Source: Acidimicrobiales bacterium (GTDB taxonomy: Bacteria; Actinomycetota; Acidimicrobiia; Acidimicrobiales; RAAP-2). From it: a DNA stretch of 61,933 nt. Numbering within the stretch: the stretch's first letter is position 1; the number at the start of each line of letters is the position of its first letter. Position numbers and translations under genes: made by a program. The notes under the pieces are model-generated. The model had not been told where the DNA came from and made no database searches. It worked only from the letters and a program-made list of their open reading frames with translations. The DNA lies in NCBI GenBank assembly GCA_017883065.1, contig JADGOG010000001.1, forward strand, positions 1 through 61,933, read 5' to 3'. Of this stretch, positions 27,138 to 34,281 are shown in pieces.

Positions 27138-29417
27138 ATGGAAGCAGTACCGGACATGAGGAATGCAGCCGACGGCCGGAAGGCCGAGAGGAGTTGGTTC
27201 CGCCGGGGCGCCACCGGAGGCATTGCCGTACTCGGAGTGTTCGGATCGATGGCGGGAGCAGGGGCGCTTGCCGGCCCGGCCCAGGCCGCGTCGCCCGCCC
27301 CCCATGCCGGGGTGGCCACCTCCCTCACCTGGCAACAGGTTCTCCCCGACGCCGGCTCGCCCATCGGGCAGAGCTCACCCTCGGAGGCCACCCTCGACGG
27401 CGGGGGTCCCTCGACGGTGGTGGGGGATCGCGCCGGCAACGTCTGGGCCTTCCACCTGGCCAACGGTTCACCGGTCCGGGGATGGCCGGCCCAGGCGGGT
27501 GGACCGGTCGATTCGACCCCGTCCTCCAGCCCGAATGGCACCGGCACCGACACGGTGTTCGTGGGCTCGGGGAACGCGGCGAATCCACGAGTGGGCGGCT
27601 ATCACGCCTTCGCCAACACCGGCGCGTCGTTGTGGAGTCGCAATGCCCAGGACCCCAACGGCCTCTATGGCGTCCAGGCTTCGCTGTCGGTGGGAACACT
27701 CAACGGAGTGAGGGGTGTGGCGGCCCCGTCACTCGGCCAAGAGGCGTACGCCCTCAACGCCGCAAACGGCTCGTCGCTCCCCGGCTGGCCTTTCTTCACC
27801 GCGGACAGCGGCTTCACCACGCCCTCGCTCGCCAACCTCTACGGGAACGGCCAGACCGAGGTGGTCGAGGGCGGGGACTCCTCGGCCGGTATCGCCAATG
27901 GACAGACCTATACGTCGGGCGGGCACCTGCGGATCCTGGACGGGGGCGGGAACCTGATCTGCCACTTCGACACCAACCAGACCGTCGACTCCTCGACGGC
28001 GGTGGGCAACTTCCTGGCCGGTGGCCAGGTGGGAGTTGCCTTCGGCACGGGATCGTTCTTCCGGGGGGCATCCGACTCCAACATGCTGTTCGGCTCCGAC
28101 TCCCACTGCAACATCGTCTGGCGGAGCAACCTCGGTGGCAACACCGTGGGGAGCCCGGCCATCGGGGACATCGTGGGTGACGGGAACGTCGAGGTCATCG
28201 AAGGCGCCGACACCGGCTCCGGCGGCCTGGTGTGGGCGCTCAACGGCGCCAACGGCACGCCGGTGCCCGGATGGCCCCAGCGGACCTCGGGCCGGATCAT
28301 CGGTGGCATCACCACCGCCGACCTCACCGGCGGCGGGTACAACGACGTCCTGGTCCCGACCACCAACGGTCTGGTCATCTACGACGGTCGCAGCGCACAG
28401 GTGGTGGCCACGCTGGGGGCCGGCGTGATGGGCCTGCAGAACTCCGCCATGGTGGCCATCGACCCGAACGGCACCATCGGGATCACCATCGCCGGCTACA
28501 GCTCGCAGAACGCCGGGATCATCCAGCACTACGAGGTCGCCGGCTCGACCGGGCACTCGTTGGGCAAGCGGGCCTGGCCGATGTTCCACCAGAACCCGCA
28601 GTTGACCGGATGGCTGAGCCAGCCGGCCCCCGGGCACCTGAACAGGCCGATCGTGGGCATGGCCGCCACCGGGGACGCCAAGGGGTACTGGAACGTGGCC
28701 ACAGACGGAGGGATCTTCTCCTTCGGGGACGCCTCCTTCCACGGCTCGACCGGGAACCTGCGGCTGAACAGACCGATCGTGGGCATGGCCGCCACTCCCG
28801 ATGGAGGCGGGTACTGGCTGGTGGCCAGTGACGGAGGCATCTTCTCCTTCGGCGACGCCCGCTTCTTCGGCTCCACCGGCAATCTCCACCTGAACAGACC
28901 GGTCGTGGGCATGGCCGCCACTTCCGACGGCAAGGGCTACTGGATGGTGGCCTCGGACGGCGGCATCTTCAGCTTCGGCGACGCCCGCTTCCACGGCTCC
29001 ACCGGCAATCTCCATCTGAACAGACCGGTCGTGGGCATGGCCGCCACTCCCGATGGAGGGGGGTACTGGATGGTGGCCTCGGACGGCGGCATCTTCTCCT
29101 TCGGGTCGGCCCGGTTCTTCGGCTCGACCGGGAACCTGCGCCTCAACCAGCCGGTGGTGGGCATGACGCCCACTCCCGATGGCCACGGGTACTGGTTCGT
29201 GGCCTCGGACGGAGGCATCTTCTCCTTCGGCGACGCCCGCTTCTTCGGCTCGATGGGGGGAAAGCACCTCAATCTGCCCATCGTGGCCATGGCCTCCAAC
29301 CACGGGAACGGCTACTGGTTGGCAGCTGCAGACGGCGGCCTCTTCTCCTTCGGGAGCGCCCCCTTCTACGGCTCGATGCCCCAGGTGTTCGCCTCGCAGG
29401 TCACCGGGGTCGACTGA
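27138..29417 (+). CDS. secreted FG-GAP/VCBS-type beta-propeller protein with C-terminal 6 x 42-aa GYW/SDGG repeat module
   Basis: 759 aa. The signal peptide has RR (..RSWFRRGATGGIAVLGVFGSMAGAGALAGPAQA), possibly Tat. The N-terminal half shows alternating ..NG.P..GWP.. and FG-GAP-like calcium-loop motifs (LYGNGQTEVVEGG, IVGDGNVEVIEGA, LTGGGYNDVLVPT). The C-terminal 250 aa consist of six tandem repeats. Confidence 0.8.
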   Translation: MEAVPDMRNAADGRKAERSWFRRGATGGIAVLGVFGSMAGAGALAGPAQAASPAPHAGVATSLTWQQVLPDAGSPIGQSSPSEATLDGGGPSTVVGDRAGNVWAFHLANGSPVRGWPAQAGGPVDSTPSSSPNGTGTDTVFVGSGNAANPRVGGYHAFANTGASLWSRNAQDPNGLYGVQASLSVGTLNGVRGVAAPSLGQEAYALNAANGSSLPGWPFFTADSGFTTPSLANLYGNGQTEVVEGGDSSAGIANGQTYTSGGHLRILDGGGNLICHFDTNQTVDSSTAVGNFLAGGQVGVAFGTGSFFRGASDSNMLFGSDSHCNIVWRSNLGGNTVGSPAIGDIVGDGNVEVIEGADTGSGGLVWALNGANGTPVPGWPQRTSGRIIGGITTADLTGGGYNDVLVPTTNGLVIYDGRSAQVVATLGAGVMGLQNSAMVAIDPNGTIGITIAGYSSQNAGIIQHYEVAGSTGHSLGKRAWPMFHQNPQLTGWLSQPAPGHLNRPIVGMAATGDAKGYWNVATDGGIFSFGDASFHGSTGNLRLNRPIVGMAATPDGGGYWLVASDGGIFSFGDARFFGSTGNLHLNRPVVGMAATSDGKGYWMVASDGGIFSFGDARFHGSTGNLHLNRPVVGMAATPDGGGYWMVASDGGIFSFGSARFFGSTGNLRLNQPVVGMTPTPDGHGYWFVASDGGIFSFGDARFFGSMGGKHLNLPIVAMASNHGNGYWLAAADGGLFSFGSAPFYGSMPQVFASQVTGVD
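28638..29393 (+). repeat. six in-frame tandem repeats, period 126 nt (42 aa): LN.P.VGMA.TPDG.GYW.VASDGGIFSFGDA.F.GSTGNL
   Basis: Direct reading shows six units: LNRPIVGMAATGDAKGYWNVATDGGIFSFGDASFHGSTGNLR, LNRPIVGMAATPDGGGYWLVASDGGIFSFGDARFFGSTGNLH, LNRPVVGMAATSDGKGYWMVASDGGIFSFGDARFHGSTGNLH, LNRPVVGMAATPDGGGYWMVASDGGIFSFGSARFFGSTGNLR, LNQPVVGMTPTPDGHGYWFVASDGGIFSFGDARFFGSMGGKH, LNLPIVAMASNHGNGYWLAAADGGLFSFGSAPFYGSM. Confidence 0.9.
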
Positions 29418-29473
29418 GCCGCAGCCGTGGGCGGGCGTGCAGCTGCGTCGCAGCCGTCGGTGGGCGGGGATCG

Positions 29474-29496
29474 CTCATGGGCACAAGGCCCATGAG
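29474..29496 (+). terminator. perfect 9-bp stem / 5-nt loop hairpin downstream of the FG-GAP gene
   Basis: CTCATGGGC-ACAAG-GCCCATGAG lies 57 nt after the stop at 29417. There is no U-tract, so its terminator function is inferred only. Confidence 0.4.
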
Positions 29497-29570
29497 GACT
29501 AGTCAGAGTGCCGACACCGACCATGCGGCCATCACGGAGAGTTGAGAAGTCAGTGGGACGGGAAAGGACG

Positions 29571-31538
29571 ATGGCGACCACGGTGCGAACCCGCAAGCGG
29601 TCGTGGGTGGCGCGGTTCGTGGCCGCTGCGGTCATCGGATCCGGACTGGGCGTGGCTGTGACTTCGCTGCCGGCCTCGGCCTATCCGTCGTCGACGGTCT
29701 CCTTCGTGGGCCACGGCTACGGACATGGCCACGGCATGGGCCAGTGGGGTGCCCTCGGCTACGCCCTGTCCCAGACCGGTTACCAGTCGATCCTCGGGCA
29801 CTACTACGGAGGAACGTCGCTGGTCGGTGGCGTGTCCGACCAGCCGATCCGGGTGGCCCTGACCGAGAACAACGACAACACGGTGATCGTGACGTCGGGC
29901 TCGGGCCTCACCGTGCCAGGAACGCCGGTCGCCGCGGCAGCCGTGGAGATGGTCCCGACCGGGTCGAACCAGTGGACCGTCTATCAGGGGCCGGGGTGCG
30001 GGGGGCCATGGACGCAGGTGGCGACGACAGCCGACCCGACGGCGGTGCCCAACGGCCCGCAGCTGCTCCAACTCTGTCAGGGTGGTGGCAATCTGACAGT
30101 CCACGGCAACATCCAGGCCACCTACAACTCGGCCGGTGCGGCACGCACGGTCAACAGCCTGCCCCTGGAGCAGTACGTGGCCGACGTGGTGCCCAACGAG
30201 TCACCTGCAGGGTGGGGGACGTTCGGAGGTGCGGGACCCCAGGGCCAGGCCTGGGGATTCCAGGAGCTGGAAGCCCAGGCGGTGGCCGTGCGCTCCTACG
30301 CCATGGCCGGCATCGGGTCCTACGGGGGGTACGCCGACATGTGTGACCTGAGTTGCCAGACCTACCGGGGAACCCTCCACGAGAGTGCCATCACCAACCT
30401 GGCCGCCAGTGTCACTGCCGGTCAGGTGATGAGGTTCGCATCGGGAGCGGTGGCCGCCACCCAGTACTCGGCCTCGACCGGTGGCTACACGGCACCAGGT
30501 GCGTTTCCGGCGGCCCCTGATGCGGGGGACGCGGTGTGCGTGCAGGGTTGGTGCAACACCAGCCACACCTGGACGGCGTCGATCCCCGTGTCGACGATCG
30601 ACGCCACTTGGCCCCAGCTCGGGTCACTCCAGTCGATCAGCATCACCGCCCGCAACGGGTTCGGCGACTGGGGTGGGCGGGTCAACTCGATGGCCCTGAT
30701 CGGGTCCAGCCAGACTGTCGTGCTCTCCGGGGACGCCTTTGCCGGTGCCCTGGGACTGAAGTCGGACTGGTTCACCACCTCCACCTCGCTGGGCAGCCCG
30801 GCGGTGGGCATGGCCTCGACCCCGGACGGTGGCGGCTACTGGATTGCCGGCGCCAATGGCGCAGTCGGAGCCTTCGGTGACGCCGGCTTCCACGGATCGG
30901 CCAGCGACCTCACCCTGACCCGTCCGGTCGTGGGCACTGCGGCAACCCCCGATGGAAGTGGCTACTGGCAGGTGGCGTCCGACGGAGGCGTCTTCAGCTT
31001 CGGTGCCGCCCGCTTCCACGGATCGACCGGCAATCTCCGCCTCAACCAACCCATCGTGGGCATGGCGTCCACCGCCGACGGCGGCGGCTACTGGATGGTC
31101 GCCTCCGACGGCGGCATCTTCTCCTTCGGCGACGCCCACTTCTACGGCTCGACCGGCAATCTCCGCCTCAACCGACCGGTGGTGGGCATGGCGACCACCT
31201 CGGACGGGATGGGGTACTGGCTGGTGGCGTCCGACGGCGGAGTCTTCTCCTTCGGCGACGCCCGGTTCTACGGCTCGACCGGGAACCTGCGCCTGAACCG
31301 ACCGGTGGTGGGCATGGCGACGGCGCCCGGCGGCGGCTACTGGATGGTCGCCTCCGACGGCGGCATCTTCTCCTTCGGCAGTGCACGGTTCCGCGGGTCG
31401 ACCGGAAACCTTGCCCTGGTGAAGCCGGTGGTGGGCATGGCGTCCACCTCCGACGGCGGCGGCTACTGGATGGTCGCCTCCGACGGCGGCATCTTCTCCT
31501 TCGGCGACGCCGCCTTCCACGGGTCCGCCGCCGGATAA
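29571..31538 (+). CDS. secreted SpoIID/LytB-domain protein with C-terminal 6 x ~42-aa GYW/SDGG repeat module
   Basis: The track ORF 29508-31538 is trimmed to the ATG at 29571 (GGAAAGGA upstream). Signal peptide ..VAAAVIGSGLGVAVTSLPASA. SpoIID hallmarks VSFVGHGYGHGHGMGQWGALGYA, LEQYVADVVPNESPAGWG and ELEAQAVAVRSYA are present. The C-terminal 249 aa form six repeats of the same family as in the upstream gene. Confidence 0.85.
   Translation: MATTVRTRKRSWVARFVAAAVIGSGLGVAVTSLPASAYPSSTVSFVGHGYGHGHGMGQWGALGYALSQTGYQSILGHYYGGTSLVGGVSDQPIRVALTENNDNTVIVTSGSGLTVPGTPVAAAAVEMVPTGSNQWTVYQGPGCGGPWTQVATTADPTAVPNGPQLLQLCQGGGNLTVHGNIQATYNSAGAARTVNSLPLEQYVADVVPNESPAGWGTFGGAGPQGQAWGFQELEAQAVAVRSYAMAGIGSYGGYADMCDLSCQTYRGTLHESAITNLAASVTAGQVMRFASGAVAATQYSASTGGYTAPGAFPAAPDAGDAVCVQGWCNTSHTWTASIPVSTIDATWPQLGSLQSISITARNGFGDWGGRVNSMALIGSSQTVVLSGDAFAGALGLKSDWFTTSTSLGSPAVGMASTPDGGGYWIAGANGAVGAFGDAGFHGSASDLTLTRPVVGTAATPDGSGYWQVASDGGVFSFGAARFHGSTGNLRLNQPIVGMASTADGGGYWMVASDGGIFSFGDAHFYGSTGNLRLNRPVVGMATTSDGMGYWLVASDGGVFSFGDARFYGSTGNLRLNRPVVGMATAPGGGYWMVASDGGIFSFGSARFRGSTGNLALVKPVVGMASTSDGGGYWMVASDGGIFSFGDAAFHGSAAG
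30789..31535 (+). repeat. six in-frame tandem repeats (123-126 nt) of the same GYW..SDGG.FSFGDA family
   Basis: The units begin LGSPAVGMASTPDGGGYWIAGANGAVGAFGDAGFHGSASDLT, LTRPVVGTAATPDGSGYWQVASDGGVFSFGAARFHGSTGNLR, LNQPIVGMASTADGGGYWMVASDGGIFSFGDAHFYGSTGNLR, LNRPVVGMATTSDGMGYWLVASDGGVFSFGDARFYGSTGNLR, LNRPVVGMATAPGGGYWMVASDGGIFSFGSARFRGSTGNLA, LVKPVVGMASTSDGGGYWMVASDGGIFSFGDAAFHGSAAG. A 52-nt string (CGGCGGCGGCTACTGGATGGTCGCCTCCGACGGCGGCATCTTCTCCTTCGGC) occurs exactly three times, at 31079, 31328 and 31454. Confidence 0.9.
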
Positions 31539-31569
31539 CCGACCGGCCGATGGGACCGAGAGCAGCCCA

Positions 31570-34269
31570 GTGCCACGTCCTAAGGTGCTGCGTGCGATGA
31601 CCGAACGCACGAACCATGGCAGTCCCGGCCCCGAACTGCAGGCACCGGCAGCCTCCTCTGAGGCGGCCCGTCCGGCCGCCGGCGCGCCTCCGGCGGCTGA
31701 CGATGGGTCCGCCGCCTCCGTCGCAGTCCCGACATCCACGGCCAGGCTCGGCCGGTGGCGTCAGGGAGCAGGGACGTGGCAGGCGATCCTCTTCGCCCCG
31801 ATAGGAGACGGGCAGACCCGGCGCAGGGGATCGGATGCCTTCCGGCTCGGGACCGCCCTGGTAGTCGTCTTCCTGTGTTGGCTCTTCACCCACGCCAACT
31901 CGAATGCCGAGCACGGGATCGCCACCACGCTCGCCTCCCCGCCGAACGGGCTCCGCTGGCTCGTGTCGGCCATCTGGTGGATCACGTCGTTCGGCGTGAT
32001 CGTGGTGATCGCCGCTCTGGCCCTGATCCACCGGAAATGGACAGCGGTCCGTGACATTGCCATCTCGGGGACCGGCGCCTGGCTGCTCTGTGTGCTCTCG
32101 GCGCTCCTCTTCGGCTCCACCGGCGGGCGGCCCCCCACCACGTCCCTGGTTCACTTCGACCTGTCGTTCCCCGTGGCGAGGGTGGCGGCCACCGTGGGCG
32201 TGGCCACGGCGGCGCTGCCCTACCTGAGCCGGTTGCTGCAGCGCTGCATCGAGGTGGGGATCGTGCTGCTGGCGGTGGCGTCGGTGGTCAACGGCTCCGG
32301 ACTGCCGGTCGCCGTCCTGGCCAGCCTGGCGGTCGGCTGGGGAGTCACCGCTGTGGTCCATCTGATCTTCGGATCACCCCTGGGCCTGCCCTCGTCCGCC
32401 GAGGTGACCGTGCTCCTGGACGATCTGCAGATCGCCGCCGAGGGGATCACCCCGGTGGCCCGCCAGGCATGGGGTGTGGGACGGTTCACCGGTCGGGTGG
32501 GCAGCGCTCCGGTCGACGTCTCGGTATACGGACGGGATGCCTCTGACGCACAGCTCCTGGCCAAGACCGGGCGGTTCCTCTTCTACCGGTCGTCGGGCCC
32601 CACGCTCGCTTTCACCCGCCGCCAACAGGTCGAGCACGAGGCGTACCTGACCCTGATGGCGGCGCGTGCCGGGGCCCGGGTTCCGGTGGTCCTGGCCGCC
32701 GGTCCGGCCGGTCCGGCGCGAGACGCTCTTCTGGTGACCCAGCCCCCCGCCGGGGACCGGCTGTCGTCGTTCGCCGCCTACGTCCCGCCCCCGGCATCGG
32801 AGGACTCCGGAGCCGACGCCTCCGGCGACCGGGCATCGGAGGACACCGGGTCGTCCGCACCGCCCCCGGCCGCTCCCGATGACGCAGTCGACGGTGCGCC
32901 GGTCGTCGACGACGCGGCCATCGACGACGTCTTCACCCAGGTGCTCCGCCTTCGCAACGCCGGGATCGCCCATGGCGCCCTCTCCACCGAAACGGTCGTG
33001 GTGGACGGTGAGGGCCGGGCCGGCCTCATCGACTTCAGATCGGCACTGACCGTCGCTCCGCCCGACGACCTCAACCGGGACACCGCCGCCGTCCTGGCTG
33101 CCGCCTCGGTGACGGTGGGGCCGGACCGGGCCGTCGCCTCGGCGGCCCGGGTCCTGCCCTCCGATGTGCTGGTGCAGGCCCTGCCCTTCCTGCAGCGGGC
33201 GGCACTCGACCCGGTGGCCTCCCGCACCTTGCGGGGCAAGAAGTCCATGCTCACCTCGGCCAGGGCGCAGGGGGCGGCGACGGCCGGCGTGGAGACACCC
33301 AAGCTCATCGAACCCCGACGGGTCAGCTGGGTCAACCTCGTGCTCGTCGTCGGCACGCTGATCGGCGGGTGGGCCCTGATCGGCGTCCTGGTCAACGTGG
33401 GCAAGTCGTGGAGCACCATCACCGGGGCCAAGTGGGGATGGGTGGCCGCCACGTTCGTCCTGGCCCAGGCCGCCTACCCGGCCATCGCCGCCACCACCGT
33501 GGGCTCGGTGACCAGCACCCTGCCCTACGGCCGCACGGTCGCCCTCGAGGTGGCCGATACCTTCGTGGCCCTGGCCGGCGGCTCGATGGCCACGCTGGCC
33601 ACCCGGGTCCGCTTCTTCCAGCAGGAGGGCCTCAGTCCCACCGTGGCGGTGAGTTCGGGCGTGCTGGTCAGCACCGCAAGTTGGATCGTCAAGGGCGCAC
33701 TGTTCCTGATCGCCCTTCCGCTCGCCATCGGCCAGCTGCACTTCCACGCGGAGTCGGACACCCCGAGCAACGGGAACGCCCACCTGGTGTGGCTGATCGT
33801 GATCGTGGTGCTGGTGGTGGGGGTGGCCGTCGGTCTCCTCTTCGCCGTCCCCCGCTGGCGGCGCATGGCCACCGAGAAGGTGCGGCCCAAGGCATCCGAG
33901 GTGTGGGCCCACCTCAAGGTGCTGGCCTCCCGGCCGCGCAATCTGATCGAGATCTTCGGGGGAAGCGCCCTGGCCCAGATCTTCGTGGCCCTGGCCCTCG
34001 GCGCCGCCCTCCACGCCTTCGGTGACCGCCTCGGCCTGGCCACCCTGCTGGTGGTGCTGACCATGGCCTCGATGCTCGGGGGCATCTCGCCGGTTCCCGG
34101 CGGGATGGGGGTGGTCGAGGCCGGCATGATCCTCGGGCTGACCGCCGCCGGGATCAGTCAGCCCGACGCGGTGGCGGCCACCTTCGTCCAGAGGCTGTTC
34201 ACCGCCTACCTGCCGCCGATCTGGGGTTGGTTCGTCCTGGTGTGGCTGCGCAGGCGCGAGTACCTGTGA
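31570..34269 (+). CDS. large integral membrane protein: N-terminal TM bundle + degenerate protein-kinase-like domain + C-terminal flippase-like (LPG synthase TM/UPF0104-type) domain
   Basis: 899 aa (GTG 31570, or ATG 31597). About 6 hydrophobic spans are followed by a soluble region with kinase-like landmarks (VDVSVYGRD.., EHEAYLTLMAARAGARVP, AGIAHGALSTETVVVD, GLIDFRSA). A second bundle of about 8 spans ends in MLGGISPVPGGMGVVEAGMILGL, the P.PGG.G..E signature of the MprF-flippase/UPF0104 family. Confidence 0.7.
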   Translation: MPRPKVLRAMTERTNHGSPGPELQAPAASSEAARPAAGAPPAADDGSAASVAVPTSTARLGRWRQGAGTWQAILFAPIGDGQTRRRGSDAFRLGTALVVVFLCWLFTHANSNAEHGIATTLASPPNGLRWLVSAIWWITSFGVIVVIAALALIHRKWTAVRDIAISGTGAWLLCVLSALLFGSTGGRPPTTSLVHFDLSFPVARVAATVGVATAALPYLSRLLQRCIEVGIVLLAVASVVNGSGLPVAVLASLAVGWGVTAVVHLIFGSPLGLPSSAEVTVLLDDLQIAAEGITPVARQAWGVGRFTGRVGSAPVDVSVYGRDASDAQLLAKTGRFLFYRSSGPTLAFTRRQQVEHEAYLTLMAARAGARVPVVLAAGPAGPARDALLVTQPPAGDRLSSFAAYVPPPASEDSGADASGDRASEDTGSSAPPPAAPDDAVDGAPVVDDAAIDDVFTQVLRLRNAGIAHGALSTETVVVDGEGRAGLIDFRSALTVAPPDDLNRDTAAVLAAASVTVGPDRAVASAARVLPSDVLVQALPFLQRAALDPVASRTLRGKKSMLTSARAQGAATAGVETPKLIEPRRVSWVNLVLVVGTLIGGWALIGVLVNVGKSWSTITGAKWGWVAATFVLAQAAYPAIAATTVGSVTSTLPYGRTVALEVADTFVALAGGSMATLATRVRFFQQEGLSPTVAVSSGVLVSTASWIVKGALFLIALPLAIGQLHFHAESDTPSNGNAHLVWLIVIVVLVVGVAVGLLFAVPRWRRMATEKVRPKASEVWAHLKVLASRPRNLIEIFGGSALAQIFVALALGAALHAFGDRLGLATLLVVLTMASMLGGISPVPGGMGVVEAGMILGLTAAGISQPDAVAATFVQRLFTAYLPPIWGWFVLVWLRRREYL

Positions 34270-34281
34270 GCACCGACGCCC

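Noticed and set aside
28638-31535. Regularly spaced ~126-nt repeats that might be taken for a CRISPR array or a satellite.
   Set aside because: The units are contiguous with no unique spacers. They are in frame within two long ORFs and are conserved at the protein level. No cas genes are present.
27729-31739. Minus-strand ORFs (27729-29303, 30624-31739, 31168-32361) that themselves look repetitive.
   Set aside because: Their periodicity only mirrors the coding repeats on the + strand. The + strand frames give clean signal peptides and domain motifs.
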